DNA of 64,000 nt from Dehalococcoidia bacterium (GCA_965249275.1 CBDFLQ010000007.1:512001-576000); one strand, 5' to 3'; counted from the first letter of the stretch, positions 36,790 through 47,300 are shown. Notes: generated from the letters alone by a model not told the origin. Numbers and translations are program-made.

Positions 36790-38043
36790 ATGCGCATAGT
36801 CCACTTCTCAGACCTTCACATAGGCGTCGAGAATTATGGCCGGTTGGACCCGACAACCGGCCTATCCACCCGCATGGGCGACTTCCTGTCCGCATTCGAC
36901 GAGCTGGTTGAATATTCCCTGGCCAATAGCGTCGATCTGGTGGTCTTTGCAGGCGACGCCTTCAAGAGCCGGGAGCCCAAGCAGACCCAGCAGCGGGAGT
37001 TCGCCAAGAGAGTCGCTCGGCTTGCCAATGCGGGAATTCAGGTGTTTCTCCTGGTGGGCAACCACGACCTTCCTTATGCACTGGCACAAGCCACGTCTAT
37101 CGAGATATACGACACTCTCGCCGTCCAAAACGTCACCGTCGCCGACAGGGTGGGTACTTGGACGACAGAGACTAAATCGGGACCCGTGCAGGTCGTCGGT
37201 CTCCCCTGGCCACGACGCTCCATCCTGCTCTCCCGTGACTCCGTGAAGAACCTCACCTTCGACCAACTCAACGAACAGATCCAGGACCTCCTCACAAGGC
37301 TATTGTTCAATGAAGCCGAGGCCCTGGACCCGTCCATCCCCGCAATCCTCTCCGCCCACATTACCGTAGCTCAAGCTACGGTCGGCTCCGAGCGCAGCAT
37401 GATGATTGGAAACGACCACGTCATCCTACTGAGCAACGTCGGCCTTCCCCAGTTCGACTATGTAGCTCTCGGGCACATCCACAAGATGCAGGTCCTCACG
37501 GAGTCGCCGCCGGTAGTCTATAGCGGCAGCTTACAGCGAGTGGACTTCAGTGAGGAAAAGGACCCCAAGGGCTTTTACGTAGCTGACCTGGATCCCTCTC
37601 TGCCTCAAGGCCAGCGCGTAACCAGCTTTCGATTCCAAACGGTCAACGCTCGACCCTTCGTCACCATAGACGTCGACATCCCCTCTGATAACCTCAACCC
37701 CACCACCACCATTGTCAACCGCATCCAGCAGTCTCCCATTGCTGATGCCGTTGTCCGTCTCCGCATCAAGGTCCCAGCCGAGCTCGAGTCCATGATCCTT
37801 GACGCCGACATTCGTAAAGCCCTGGCTCCTGCCCACTTCGTCGCCGCCATAAGCCGCGAAGTGGACCGAGCCCGATCCTTCAGGCTCGACGGTCAGGCAG
37901 TCGACGGCATGACGCCCCGCGACGCCCTGAAAGCCTACTTGGACTCCTCGGCCGAGACCCGCGGCTGGTCAGAGACACAAATCCGTGAGATGCTGACCCT
38001 TGGTGAGGACCTGATCCGCGAGTCCCTGGAACCCCCAGCCTGA
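36790..38043 (+). CDS. sbcD: SbcD/Mre11 exonuclease subunit
   Basis: HFSDLHIG, FAGDAF, GNHD, YVALGHIH, YSGSL.RVDFSEE. Confidence 0.92.
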   Translation: MRIVHFSDLHIGVENYGRLDPTTGLSTRMGDFLSAFDELVEYSLANSVDLVVFAGDAFKSREPKQTQQREFAKRVARLANAGIQVFLLVGNHDLPYALAQATSIEIYDTLAVQNVTVADRVGTWTTETKSGPVQVVGLPWPRRSILLSRDSVKNLTFDQLNEQIQDLLTRLLFNEAEALDPSIPAILSAHITVAQATVGSERSMMIGNDHVILLSNVGLPQFDYVALGHIHKMQVLTESPPVVYSGSLQRVDFSEEKDPKGFYVADLDPSLPQGQRVTSFRFQTVNARPFVTIDVDIPSDNLNPTTTIVNRIQQSPIADAVVRLRIKVPAELESMILDADIRKALAPAHFVAAISREVDRARSFRLDGQAVDGMTPRDALKAYLDSSAETRGWSETQIREMLTLGEDLIRESLEPPA

Positions 38044-38100
38044 CTGACACTCGCCCCCTGGTTTGATGGCCCTTAAGCCCCGTCGATTTGGAGCGCAGCC

Positions 38101-39162
38101 ATGAAAATCTTCGATTACATGGAGCAGTACGGCTACGAGGAGCTAGCCCTCTATACTGATGAGGCAGCGGGTCTCAGGGCTCTGATTTGCATTCACGACA
38201 CCACGCTCGGGCCTGCCTGCGGGGGCACCCGCATGTGGCCCTTCGCCACCGAGGAAGAAGCGATCTTGGACGTGTTGCGCCTCGCGAGGGCCATGACCTA
38301 CAAGTCATCGCTGGCCGGTCTCGACTACGGGGGCGGCAAGGCCGTGATTATCGCCGACTCCACCACCGACAAGTCCGAGGCCCTATTCCGCGCCCACGGC
38401 CGTTTTGTCGACACCCTGGGGGGCCGTTTCATCACCACCGAGGACGTCGGCGTCGTGAACCAGGATGTTGTCCACATGCGCAAGGAGACCCGCTACGCTG
38501 CCGGTCTCCCCGAGTCCCACGGCGGACTGGGCGGGGCAGAGGTGATTACCGGGTTCGGAATCTACCAGGGGGCTCGGGCCTGCATGAAGGAGCTCACGGG
38601 CTCCGACTCCCTGGACGGGAAGACCGTCGCCATCCAAGGTTTCGGGAAGGTGGCCTACCACTACGCCCGACACCTGCGGGAAGATGGCGCCCGGATCATC
38701 GCCGCGGACATCAACGAGTCCAGAATTGCTGAGGCGGTTGCACTCGGGGCTTCCATAGTCGCGCCGGAAGAGATACATGCCGTCGAATGCGATATCTTCT
38801 CACCCTGCGCCCTGGGCGCCGCCCTAAACGACGACACCATACCTCAGATCAAGGCTCCCATAGTGGCAGGGGCCGCCAACAACCAACTTAAGGAACCTCA
38901 CCACGCAGACGCCCTCGCCGAGGCCGGCATCCTCTATGCACCCGATTACGCGATCAACGCCGGCGGTGTAATAACCGTAGCCTGTGAGGTTGAGGGTAAG
39001 AGCAGGGATGCCGCCATGTACCGGACTGCCAAGGTCTACGACACTCTTCTGGATATCTTCGCTCGGGCCAAGGCGGAGGGCATCACCACCGCCACCGCCG
39101 CAGACCGCCTCGCCGAGGACCGGATCCGCAGCGTGGCCCACATCAAGCGTACTTCCCCGTAG
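38101..39162 (+). CDS. Leucine (Glu/Leu/Phe/Val) dehydrogenase
   Basis: IHDTTLGPA.GGTR, GGGKAVI, EDVG, IQGFGKV, PCALG, GAANNQL, PDYAINAGG. Confidence 0.92.
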   Translation: MKIFDYMEQYGYEELALYTDEAAGLRALICIHDTTLGPACGGTRMWPFATEEEAILDVLRLARAMTYKSSLAGLDYGGGKAVIIADSTTDKSEALFRAHGRFVDTLGGRFITTEDVGVVNQDVVHMRKETRYAAGLPESHGGLGGAEVITGFGIYQGARACMKELTGSDSLDGKTVAIQGFGKVAYHYARHLREDGARIIAADINESRIAEAVALGASIVAPEEIHAVECDIFSPCALGAALNDDTIPQIKAPIVAGAANNQLKEPHHADALAEAGILYAPDYAINAGGVITVACEVEGKSRDAAMYRTAKVYDTLLDIFARAKAEGITTATAADRLAEDRIRSVAHIKRTSP

Positions 39163-39208
39163 CTCACGGTCAGCCCTTACGCCGTAGTCCGGTATCTGAC
39201 TCGGAGCT

Positions 39209-39961
39209 CTACTCTTCGCGTATATTGGCCCGGGCGTCGTGGGGGTAGGTGTTGGTCTCGATCATTCGAGCCTTGACGTCTGTACGGAGCAGGTGAAGCT
39301 CCTCAACCGAGATGATCGGAGTCATCGGCGCAGTCTCGCCACCGCCCTTAATCTTCAGCTCGAAGCCCGTGTTCTCTCTCACCTCTCCGAGTGTGTGCCC
39401 CTGGTGCACAGAGACCAAATCCAATATACCCGACTCCTTCGATAGCTCCATCTTTGCCAGTGGGGTTATTACCACCACTTCCTTGGTCCGGCGGGCGAAG
39501 CCCTCCGGCGAGGAGGAAGCCGCCGAGACATAGTCAACCTTCTCCACGAATGTCCGCCTATCGTGGCGGGTTCGGAACAGGACTATTCGGGGCACGGCAT
39601 AGTAGAGGAGTCCCGTTCCATATTGACCCGGCATCCTGACCTCAGGCGAATCGGGGTCTCCGATGAGGTGCAGGTTGAAGTTGGCTTCCCGGTCTATCTC
39701 GATTCCGCTCATGAAGAAAAGGTCGAGTTTTCCCCGTTGGGCGAGGTAGTGGAAGTCCTTCCCCCCGACGAACGGGTTGTAGTAGTCGCTGTCCAGGACT
39801 ATGAATTCGCCATTCGGGGCGTGGGACGCTTCGGCTAGAAGAAGTGCGGAGGCCGGTATGAAAGACAGAGCACCACAGGCCGAGGTCTCCCAGTCATGCA
39901 CCTCCCGCGACAGGAGGACGGCCATGAACTCTTCGAATGTGCAGTTAGGCGGTTGAGACAC
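39209..39961 (-). CDS. CoA-transferase beta subunit (glutaconate CoA-transferase B-like)
   Basis: RGKLDLFFMSG.EID..ANFNL, H.RRTFVEKVDY, EVRENTGFEL; GTG start overlapping the upstream stop. Confidence 0.85.
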   Translation of the reverse strand: MSQPPNCTFEEFMAVLLSREVHDWETSACGALSFIPASALLLAEASHAPNGEFIVLDSDYYNPFVGGKDFHYLAQRGKLDLFFMSGIEIDREANFNLHLIGDPDSPEVRMPGQYGTGLLYYAVPRIVLFRTRHDRRTFVEKVDYVSAASSSPEGFARRTKEVVVITPLAKMELSKESGILDLVSVHQGHTLGEVRENTGFELKIKGGGETAPMTPIISVEELHLLRTDVKARMIETNTYPHDARANIREE

Positions 39962-40830
39962 TACCCCACCGCAGCAGGCGCCCGAACCCCCAGACCTCGC
40001 GACCGGCAATAGTCCTCGTGGTCGTGCAAGGCGTATACCTCATCGGCCAGGTAACCTTCAAAGGCCTCGTCGGAAGAGGAGGCCTCGAGGTACTTCTTCA
40101 TCTCCTCCACGTCCATGCCATAGAAGCCCGGGCACGCGCTGGGGTAGGCCCCGAAAGGCGCGTGGGCCACGGCCTTGATGTGGATTGCAGGAATGAAAGT
40201 CCCCGTTGGATCGTTCGGTGAGACCGAATCAACGACCTCCTCAACCGTCACTATCACCTTGTCCGACGCCTGCGCCAGCATCAAGGCTTCCCCGCCTTTG
40301 CTGACCAATACGTTGCCCCGACTGTCGCCCTTGCTTCCGTGGAACAATGCAACGTCAGGTGTTATGGCCTTGGCCATCACCACCATCTCCGTGGGGTCGA
40401 AGGGGTTGGGAGCCATGGTGAAGTCGTCTCTTTCCCTGATAACATCACTGCCGGCGTAGCCGAGGGTCGGGACGAAGGGGACGCCCATTGATCCAGCCTG
40501 GACCATGCTATAGAGCACGCCTCAGGTGTTGTCTTTCATTTTGATGCGGCCCTGCTTCTGGAGGCGCAGGTAGTTGGGCGCCACCCTGGCGAAGGGCTGG
40601 AAGTTAAAATCGCAGGTCTCCACAGTAGCCGTCCGACCCGCCCCGACCAGGAAGTCGAGATTCAGCGAAGCGCCCACCACACCGAGAGTGTTCAGGTCAG
40701 TGGTCCCGCCCCTGACTATCTCCCTCAATAGCGCCATTGGGGTGTAGTCCAGGCCCCCCATCATTATCACTTTGTCGCCGGTGCGTACCAGCTTGGCGGC
40801 CTGTTCCAGGGTTACGAGTTTGTCTCTCAT
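39961..40830 (-). CDS. CoA-transferase alpha subunit with an in-frame UGA (probable selenocysteine at codon 103)
   Basis: The ORF-track fragments 40522-41040 and 39961-40518 are in one frame, joined by TGA-GGC: MRDKLVTL...KMKDNT-U-GVLYSMVQAGSMGVPF...PDVALFH...DSRGNV. Confidence 0.75.
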
Positions 40831-40958
40831 TTTCCCTTCCTTAGCTGTCTCTACTTGGGGGCTGCGGGCCTTCCTGTTCCCTAACGTGAGGGTATATTCA
40901 GGGGTATCCGGTGTCAAGGAAAAGATGGCGCTTGGGGCCGACGCCCAAGGGCCTGGAG

Positions 40959-43355
40959 CTAGGTCGGGGTGCGGGCTCGGGCTCCGCCGAACCGGGCCTG
41001 GACACGACGCAGTATCACCCCGAATTCCCGGTTCTCCCACATCACCAGAATCTGCGGTCCTATCAGCATGGAACTGTACGTTCCGGCAATCACGCCGATG
41101 AGCAGTACCAGGATAAACGGCAGCAGCGTACTTCCGCCAAAGAGGGCCAGGGCCATCAGCGTGAACAGCGTTGTCAGGCTGGTGTTCAGCGATCGTCCCA
41201 TCGTCTCCAGCAGGCTGTTGTTCACGGTGACTTCGAACTGCTCGCCCGTCCGCTTGAGCATGTTCTCCCTGATGCGGTCGAAGACTACGATGGTGTTGTT
41301 AATGCTGTAACCGATCACTGCCAGGATGGCGGTGATCACCATTGTATTCAGCTCAATCCCGAACACCTTCCCCATGATCGAGAAGAGGCCCAGTACAATC
41401 AGGACGTCGTGGGTCAGGGCAAATACGGCCGATAGGCTATATCGGAAGAAATGGGGCATCTTACGAAATGCCCACGCTATGTATAAGAAAACGCCGATTA
41501 TTGCGAATAGGACTGCCAGCGCTGCGTTGCGCACCATCTCAGCGGCCACTATCGGCGACACGAAGTCGACCTCGAACCGGTCTATACTCGTCCCCCCGAA
41601 GCGCTGCTCTAACGCCTGCTGAATAAGCTGGCTGTCCGAGGGGCCCACGTTCCCGCTCTGGTCTATCTCACCTTGGCCCAGCGTCTCGGTACGGATGAGG
41701 AACGCGTTTGCCTCCAGGGCCTGAACTATTGCCTCCCCGTGCCCCAGTTCCTCCAGCACCTCGCGTACCGCCTGAGACGTAACCGCACCGGTCGTGAGTC
41801 TCGACAGATCGGAGGGGTTTATGAACCGAACCTCAATGGTCGAGCCGCTTGAGAACTCGATGCCCGTGTTGAAGGCCGGAGGGAATATCAGGGACACGAT
41901 GCCCGGTAACAGGACCGCCCCAGAGATAACGAAGTACCAGACCCGCTTGTTGACCAGGTTCAGCCCACGCCGGGGGGTTGAAGCCTCGACCACCTGAGCC
42001 CCGGCCTTGCCCAGCCCGAACAACCCCGGTTTCTCTTGCACCCGGGCCCCGACGACGAACCTGAGGAAACTCCTGGTCACGAACATCGCCGAGAACATGC
42101 TCGTCACCACGCCGATGGCCAGCGTGATCGCAAATCCGGTTACCAGCGGCGTCCCCAGCTTGTTGCCGAACCACCACAAGATGGCGCAGGTAATCAGTGT
42201 CGAGACATTGCTGTCACGGATAGCCACCCAGGCCCGGTTGAACCCCGCTTCAATACCGACCCTCAGACTTCGACCGGCTCGTAATTCCTCTTTCAGTCTT
42301 TCGAATATAAGGACGTTGGCATCGACCGCCATGCCGATGGACAAGATGAATCCGGCGATGCCCGAGAGCGTAAGGGTCACGGGAAGCAGCTTGAACGTCG
42401 ACAGCACCACCATCCCGTAAATGACGAGCGCTCCCGCGGAAAGGACGCCGGGCAGCCTGTAGTAGAACATCAGGAACCCGAGGACGAGAAGCAAACCCAC
42501 CACCCCTGCTACCAGGCTCTTGCTGACCGACTCCGCGCCCAGCGTTGCGTCAACGTCCTGCTCGCGTATCGTCTGGATGGGAATGGGAAGGGCGCCCGCG
42601 TTTAGCTGAATGGCCAAGACGTCTGCTTCGTCTAGAGAGAGCCCCGTAATTACACCGTTTCTCGATATGACGGCTTGCACTGTTGGGGAAGAGATGAGGC
42701 CCCCGTCAAGATGTATCCCCAGGGGCTGGTTGAGCAGCCTGCTCGTAACTCTCTCGAACATCCTGGCGCCTTCGTCATTGAACTCGAAGGCGACTTGGGG
42801 GAGGTTGGTGCTCGGGTCAAGCAATACCTGGGAGGTAGGGAGCAGGAATTCACCCGTGACAGGCGCCAATTGGCCGGTATCGTTTGTGGTCAGGGCCGGG
42901 TCCCAGATGATACTGCCAGTGGTGGGATCGGTAACGAAAGTACCGTCTTCCTTGCGTCTCTGCTCCCGGAAATCAAGCTGGGCCGTCTTGCCAATGAGGC
43001 TCTTAGCTTGTTCCACGTCTTTGATGCCGGGTATCTGCACCATGATACGGTCGTCCCCGACCCTCTGCACGATGGGCTCCGACACCCCGAACGCGTCTAC
43101 CCGGCGCCGGATTATGCTAATGACGCCCTCCATCTGGGAGTCGGTGACGACTTCTCCCTCAGGGGGGATAGCCTCGTAGACGAGGTGGGTGCCGCCCTTG
43201 ATGTCCAGCCCTTGCCGGAATCCCTCCCTGTCAAGGCCGGGCGTCTTATTCGGGACCAGGACCACCAGGGCTGCAATGACGAGCAGGCCGATGATTATCA
43301 GGCTTAGGGTGTTGCCCTTCGGAAAGAGCTTGTATAGCCGGAGAAGTATGATCAA
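40959..43355 (-). CDS. secDF: Fused protein translocase subunit SecDF
   Basis: GLDIKGG, RRRVDAFGVSEP, AGALP, GMAVDANVLIFER; SecF half with GIEFSSG, HDV, GYSINNTIVVFDRIRE. Confidence 0.95.
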   Translation of the reverse strand: MIILLRLYKLFPKGNTLSLIIIGLLVIAALVVLVPNKTPGLDREGFRQGLDIKGGTHLVYEAIPPEGEVVTDSQMEGVISIIRRRVDAFGVSEPIVQRVGDDRIMVQIPGIKDVEQAKSLIGKTAQLDFREQRRKEDGTFVTDPTTGSIIWDPALTTNDTGQLAPVTGEFLLPTSQVLLDPSTNLPQVAFEFNDEGARMFERVTSRLLNQPLGIHLDGGLISSPTVQAVISRNGVITGLSLDEADVLAIQLNAGALPIPIQTIREQDVDATLGAESVSKSLVAGVVGLLLVLGFLMFYYRLPGVLSAGALVIYGMVVLSTFKLLPVTLTLSGIAGFILSIGMAVDANVLIFERLKEELRAGRSLRVGIEAGFNRAWVAIRDSNVSTLITCAILWWFGNKLGTPLVTGFAITLAIGVVTSMFSAMFVTRSFLRFVVGARVQEKPGLFGLGKAGAQVVEASTPRRGLNLVNKRVWYFVISGAVLLPGIVSLIFPPAFNTGIEFSSGSTIEVRFINPSDLSRLTTGAVTSQAVREVLEELGHGEAIVQALEANAFLIRTETLGQGEIDQSGNVGPSDSQLIQQALEQRFGGTSIDRFEVDFVSPIVAAEMVRNAALAVLFAIIGVFLYIAWAFRKMPHFFRYSLSAVFALTHDVLIVLGLFSIMGKVFGIELNTMVITAILAVIGYSINNTIVVFDRIRENMLKRTGEQFEVTVNNSLLETMGRSLNTSLTTLFTLMALALFGGSTLLPFILVLLIGVIAGTYSSMLIGPQILVMWENREFGVILRRVQARFGGARARTPT

Positions 43356-43481
43356 CTAAATAGTCCGCCGTTCACGAGTCGGTATAACCTATTCTACGCC
43401 TTGCGGCCCCACGAGTCATTAGTGATTCCTTGCACAATTGCGTTAATGATAACTCAAACCGCCCCCCACCCCCCAGTTCAC

Positions 43482-43967
43482 CTATTCTTCCTCTTCTTCC
43501 GGGGGCAGCTTATGCAACCTGTCCATGCTCTCCAGGAGGTCGGTATAAAGAGAGCCATGGATGTGTCCGACCTCATGCTCCAGGGCCTGGGCGAGCAGGT
43601 CCGTTGCCTTGATCCTCACCTCTTTCCCGTCAAGACCCTGCCCCTTCGCCAGGACAGTTTCCGCCCTCTTGATATCCCCCCTGTAGCCCGGAATGCTCAG
43701 GCAGCCCTCGCTTACGTCACGTTCACCGGTCTTCTTCACGATCTCCGGGTTGATAAGCGTGATAACGGGCTCATCCGGCACCTCAATGACGATGACTCTT
43801 AGGGAAACACCCACTTGTGGAGCTGCAATGCCTACGCCGTTGTACTCATGCATACTTTCAAGCATGTTCTCCGCCAGCTTCTTGATATACGCGTCTATGG
43901 CGCGGACACGTTTGGCCCTCTGGCGGAGTATCGGGTCGGGGGTGACTCTAAGCGGGAGTACGGCCAA
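43482..43967 (-). CDS. def: Peptide deformylase
   Basis: GVGIAAPQVG, EGCLSIPG, EHEVGH. Confidence 0.95.
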   Translation of the reverse strand: MAVLPLRVTPDPILRQRAKRVRAIDAYIKKLAENMLESMHEYNGVGIAAPQVGVSLRVIVIEVPDEPVITLINPEIVKKTGERDVSEGCLSIPGYRGDIKRAETVLAKGQGLDGKEVRIKATDLLAQALEHEVGHIHGSLYTDLLESMDRLHKLPPEEEEE

Positions 43968-44184
43968 TGGGAGTCTCTACGGCGTAACGAAATATCAAGT
44001 TTGATTCAGGCACCGGCCCATTCTATGAAATGGCCTTAGACCTGTAAAGGTCGTGTACTCGTTCGGTAGATTAGTGACACACCGGAGTTTCATTCAGTCC
44101 TCCTGAGGCGGACCCGCCCAAGGCGGATGTTCCATCTTCGATTGTGGGGTTTCGGTTTCCGTTCTGTCTGTTAGGTTTTGGGAA

Positions 44185-44767
44185 GGCGATGAAAGGTCCG
44201 TGACTAGGATCCAGGCCGGAGTTTGTTGCCGAGCCGTCAGCGCCGGGCTGGCTTATCCCCACATGTTCTCGGCTGTGGTCAGGGTTGTGTGGGGCCGATC
44301 CTTCCGGCAGCGGCACTTGACCGGACCGCTGACGGGGAACATGCCGCCTGAGGCGGACTTTCAGAACCGGCGTCCCGGTGCATCGGTCGTAGAGACGGAT
44401 GGCGGGGACGGCGGGACAAACAAGGCACGAGGGCCTTGCTAGACCGGGGGTCGGTTGACCTACCCGGGAAACCGGCGCGCAATGGGCCGGAGTAAACGCA
44501 TCCGGTAATGGGAAGCGTTGAATCGGCAGGGGCGTCGTAGGACGGGGCCTGCCGCGTATAGTCTGTGGACCTTCCATCGCCTGGGCGCTGGGGAAGGGAT
44601 AGCCGGGGCCTTTGTATGAGGAGATGGCGGCGTTTGCTTGAGCCGTGGGGCGGCATGGGCCGCCCTTTGGGATGGGCTTAGACGTTGAGTCCTCGGGGCC
44701 GGGGCTGGTGTTCCCCCTGGGTTGTGTGTTCCTCCTTTGGGTTTAGGGTGAGTGGCTGGCCAGCCGG
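44185..44767 (-). ncRNA. Large structured non-coding RNA of unrecognised class, copy 2 (~580 nt)
   Basis: Reverse-complement homologue of 10260-10840; closing helix 44567-44581/44185-44199 with one G-U pair on the minus strand. Confidence 0.7.
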
Positions 44768-44772
44768 GGGTG

Positions 44773-44802
44773 AATATAGTACATGTGTGCAAGTCTGGTC
44801 AA
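44773..44802 (-). promoter_or_regulatory. Sigma70 promoter of ncRNA copy 2, with an overlapping LexA-like box
   Basis: TTGACC-N18-TATATT on the minus strand; GCAC-acat-GTAC in the spacer. Confidence 0.55.
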
Positions 44803-44840
44803 GGGGTTCGTGTCACTTTTGGGAGGGCAAGAGGCTCATG

Positions 44841-47300
44841 TCACAGCAGAGTCACCGGGTCCACATCCACCGACCACCCCTCCCCCAACCCCACCCGTTC
44901 CAAAAGCCGGGCGGGCTCGTCGCATCTGATCAGGACATGCCAGCGGTACCGGCCCTTCAGCCTGGGCACAAAACACGGGACCGGACCCAGAACGTCGGTC
45001 TGAGGCAGTCCAAGCCGGTCTCGCTCCTTTCGCAGCCGGACCGCAACCTTCTGGGATTCTGCCTCGGCCTTGGCTGGATCGAATTGTGAGTGGACCAGCC
45101 TCGTTAGCCGGGCGTAGGGGGGATAGCGATTTTGCCTTCGATAGCTGGTCTCCTGCCGGTAGAATCCGCCGTAGTCGTGGTTAGCGACAGCCCGGATTGC
45201 ATAGTGATCGGGGTTGAAAGTCTGCACCACCACCCTCCCTCCCCCCGGGCCCCGGCCCGCCCGCCCCGCCACCTGGGTCAAAAGCTGGAACACCCGCTCC
45301 CCCGCCCTGAAATCGGGGAAGTTGATTCCCACGTCGGCGCTCATCACACCTACCAGTGTCACTTGCGGCAGGTGCAATCCCTGGGCCACCATCTGAGTCC
45401 CAATAAGGATGTCGATCTGACCCGTCTGCAGCTTCTCCAATACTTCCTCATGCTCTGACGGCTTGGAGATCGAGTCCCGGTCCCATCGGAATGTCCTGGC
45501 ATTGGGAAATCTCAACCGCATCTCCTCTTCAAGCCGCTGTGTGCCCGTGCCCAAGTACCCGAGGTCCGGGCTGCCGCAGCCTCGGCACATCTCGGGTTTC
45601 CTGATGTTATAGCCGCAGTGGTGGCACACAAGTTTGCCCTTGGCACCGTGATAAATGAGCGCCACCTCGCAGCGCCGACACCTGACCACCAGCCCGCACT
45701 CTCGGCAGTGCACAGACGTGGCGAATCCTCTCCTGTTTATGAAGAGGATCACCTGCTCGCCCGCGTCCAGGGCGTTGGCCATCTCATTCCGCAAAAGGCG
45801 GCTGAACATGTCGCGGTTGCCGCTTCTAAGCTCCTGTTTCATGTCCACCACGTCTACCCTCGCCATTCCTCCAGCAGCTTCCTCCCCCGCTCCCGATACC
45901 CTGGGCCCGACCGTTATGCGTCTCGGCAGCTCCAGGTATTCCAGTTCTCCTATCGACGCTTTGTACGACGTCGTGACGTCGGGCGTCGCGCTTCCGAGAA
46001 TCACCACCGCCCCCGACAGCTTCCCCAGTTCCAGGGCCGCGTCCCTGGCGTGGTAGCGGGGCGCGGGCTCCGACTGCTTGTAGGAGCTGTCGTGCTCCTC
46101 ATCAAGCACTATCAGGCCGAGGTCCGGCTGCGGCGAAAACAATGCACTTCTCGGGCCTATCACCACCCCAAATTCGCCGTCTCGAATGCGCCACCATTCG
46201 TCGAACTTCTCCCCCGCTTTCAATCGGCTGTGCAAGACGGCGACCTGTCCCGGAAATCGGCTGCTGAATCTCTGAATCGTTTGCGGGGTGAGCGATATCT
46301 CCGGCACTAGCACGATGCCCCGGCGACCCAACTCCAGGGTGCGCTCCAGCGCCCTTAGGTAAAGCTCGGTCTTGCCGCTTCCGGTAACCCCCCGCAGCAG
46401 GAACGCATTCCCCTCTCCACCCACCGCCGACTTTTCCAAAGCCTCCTTGATCGGCGCCCAGGCCCGCTGCTGGTCTTCCGTAAGCGAGGGCGCGTCCATC
46501 CGCTCGTAGTGCCTCGACGCCAGGGGGTCCCTGATGACTCGCACCTTTCGGGTTCCGACGACACCTCTCTCCTTCAAAATCTTGATGGCGCCGGGAGATA
46601 TGCTGCGCTCTCGGAGCTCCGACGCGCTAACCCCTTCCGGCATCTCGAACAGCGCATCCAGCAGTGCTCGCTGGTTGACTGCATTTTTCTTCAAACGCGC
46701 CTGTACAACCGCCTCTTCCGCGCCTACTTTCAGGAAAAACTGTGTCTCGTACTTAGGGGAAACGACGGGTCTCGGCCACTCCGACTCCCGTCTCACCACC
46801 CCCGACCTCGCCAGTTTTTCCACCCTCACCTGTGCCCTGGGCCCCAGCTTCCTCTTCAACCCGACAATTTCCGTGCGCCCCACGTCTGCCAACGCGTCCA
46901 GCACCTTCTTCTCCGATTCCGACGGGACGAAGGAGTGAGGCCAAGGCGCTGGCTTAAGCGAATAAAAAGTCCGCACCTTGCGTCGGAAGCCATGAGGCAG
47001 CATCAATGCAGCAGCCTCGAAGAGGGAACAGAGGTATCGTCGGCTTATCCATTGGGCGAGGGAGAGCTGCCGGGCGCCGAGAATCGGAACAGGGTCGACA
47101 AGCCCGATTATTTCCCTCGTTTCCTCGAAGTTGGAGGAATTGGTAAGTTGGAAGACGATGCCCTGCAGACGGCGCGGCCCGAAGGGGACCCAAACGGAAT
47201 GACCGGGTCTCAGGTCCAGGTGGGAAGGAACGGAATAGGTGAAAGTCCGGTCGGGTTCCAGGGGTGCGTCGACGGCAATCTCAGCGAATGGCATGGCCAA
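44841..47300 (-). CDS. priA: Primosomal protein N' (PriA helicase)
   Basis: GVTGSGKTE, LVPEISLTPQ, DEEHD.SYKQ, GSATP, double Zn-finger CxxC, GTQMVA.G, RAGR. Confidence 0.97.
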   Translation of the reverse strand: MAMPFAEIAVDAPLEPDRTFTYSVPSHLDLRPGHSVWVPFGPRRLQGIVFQLTNSSNFEETREIIGLVDPVPILGARQLSLAQWISRRYLCSLFEAAALMLPHGFRRKVRTFYSLKPAPWPHSFVPSESEKKVLDALADVGRTEIVGLKRKLGPRAQVRVEKLARSGVVRRESEWPRPVVSPKYETQFFLKVGAEEAVVQARLKKNAVNQRALLDALFEMPEGVSASELRERSISPGAIKILKERGVVGTRKVRVIRDPLASRHYERMDAPSLTEDQQRAWAPIKEALEKSAVGGEGNAFLLRGVTGSGKTELYLRALERTLELGRRGIVLVPEISLTPQTIQRFSSRFPGQVAVLHSRLKAGEKFDEWWRIRDGEFGVVIGPRSALFSPQPDLGLIVLDEEHDSSYKQSEPAPRYHARDAALELGKLSGAVVILGSATPDVTTSYKASIGELEYLELPRRITVGPRVSGAGEEAAGGMARVDVVDMKQELRSGNRDMFSRLLRNEMANALDAGEQVILFINRRGFATSVHCRECGLVVRCRRCEVALIYHGAKGKLVCHHCGYNIRKPEMCRGCGSPDLGYLGTGTQRLEEEMRLRFPNARTFRWDRDSISKPSEHEEVLEKLQTGQIDILIGTQMVAQGLHLPQVTLVGVMSADVGINFPDFRAGERVFQLLTQVAGRAGRGPGGGRVVVQTFNPDHYAIRAVANHDYGGFYRQETSYRRQNRYPPYARLTRLVHSQFDPAKAEAESQKVAVRLRKERDRLGLPQTDVLGPVPCFVPRLKGRYRWHVLIRCDEPARLLERVGLGEGWSVDVDPVTLL

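Noticed and set aside
40831-41040. Long N-terminal extension of the CoA-transferase ORF
   Set aside because: Overlaps the secDF 3' end and a TTGACA promoter; the RBS AAGGAAGG precedes ATG 40830
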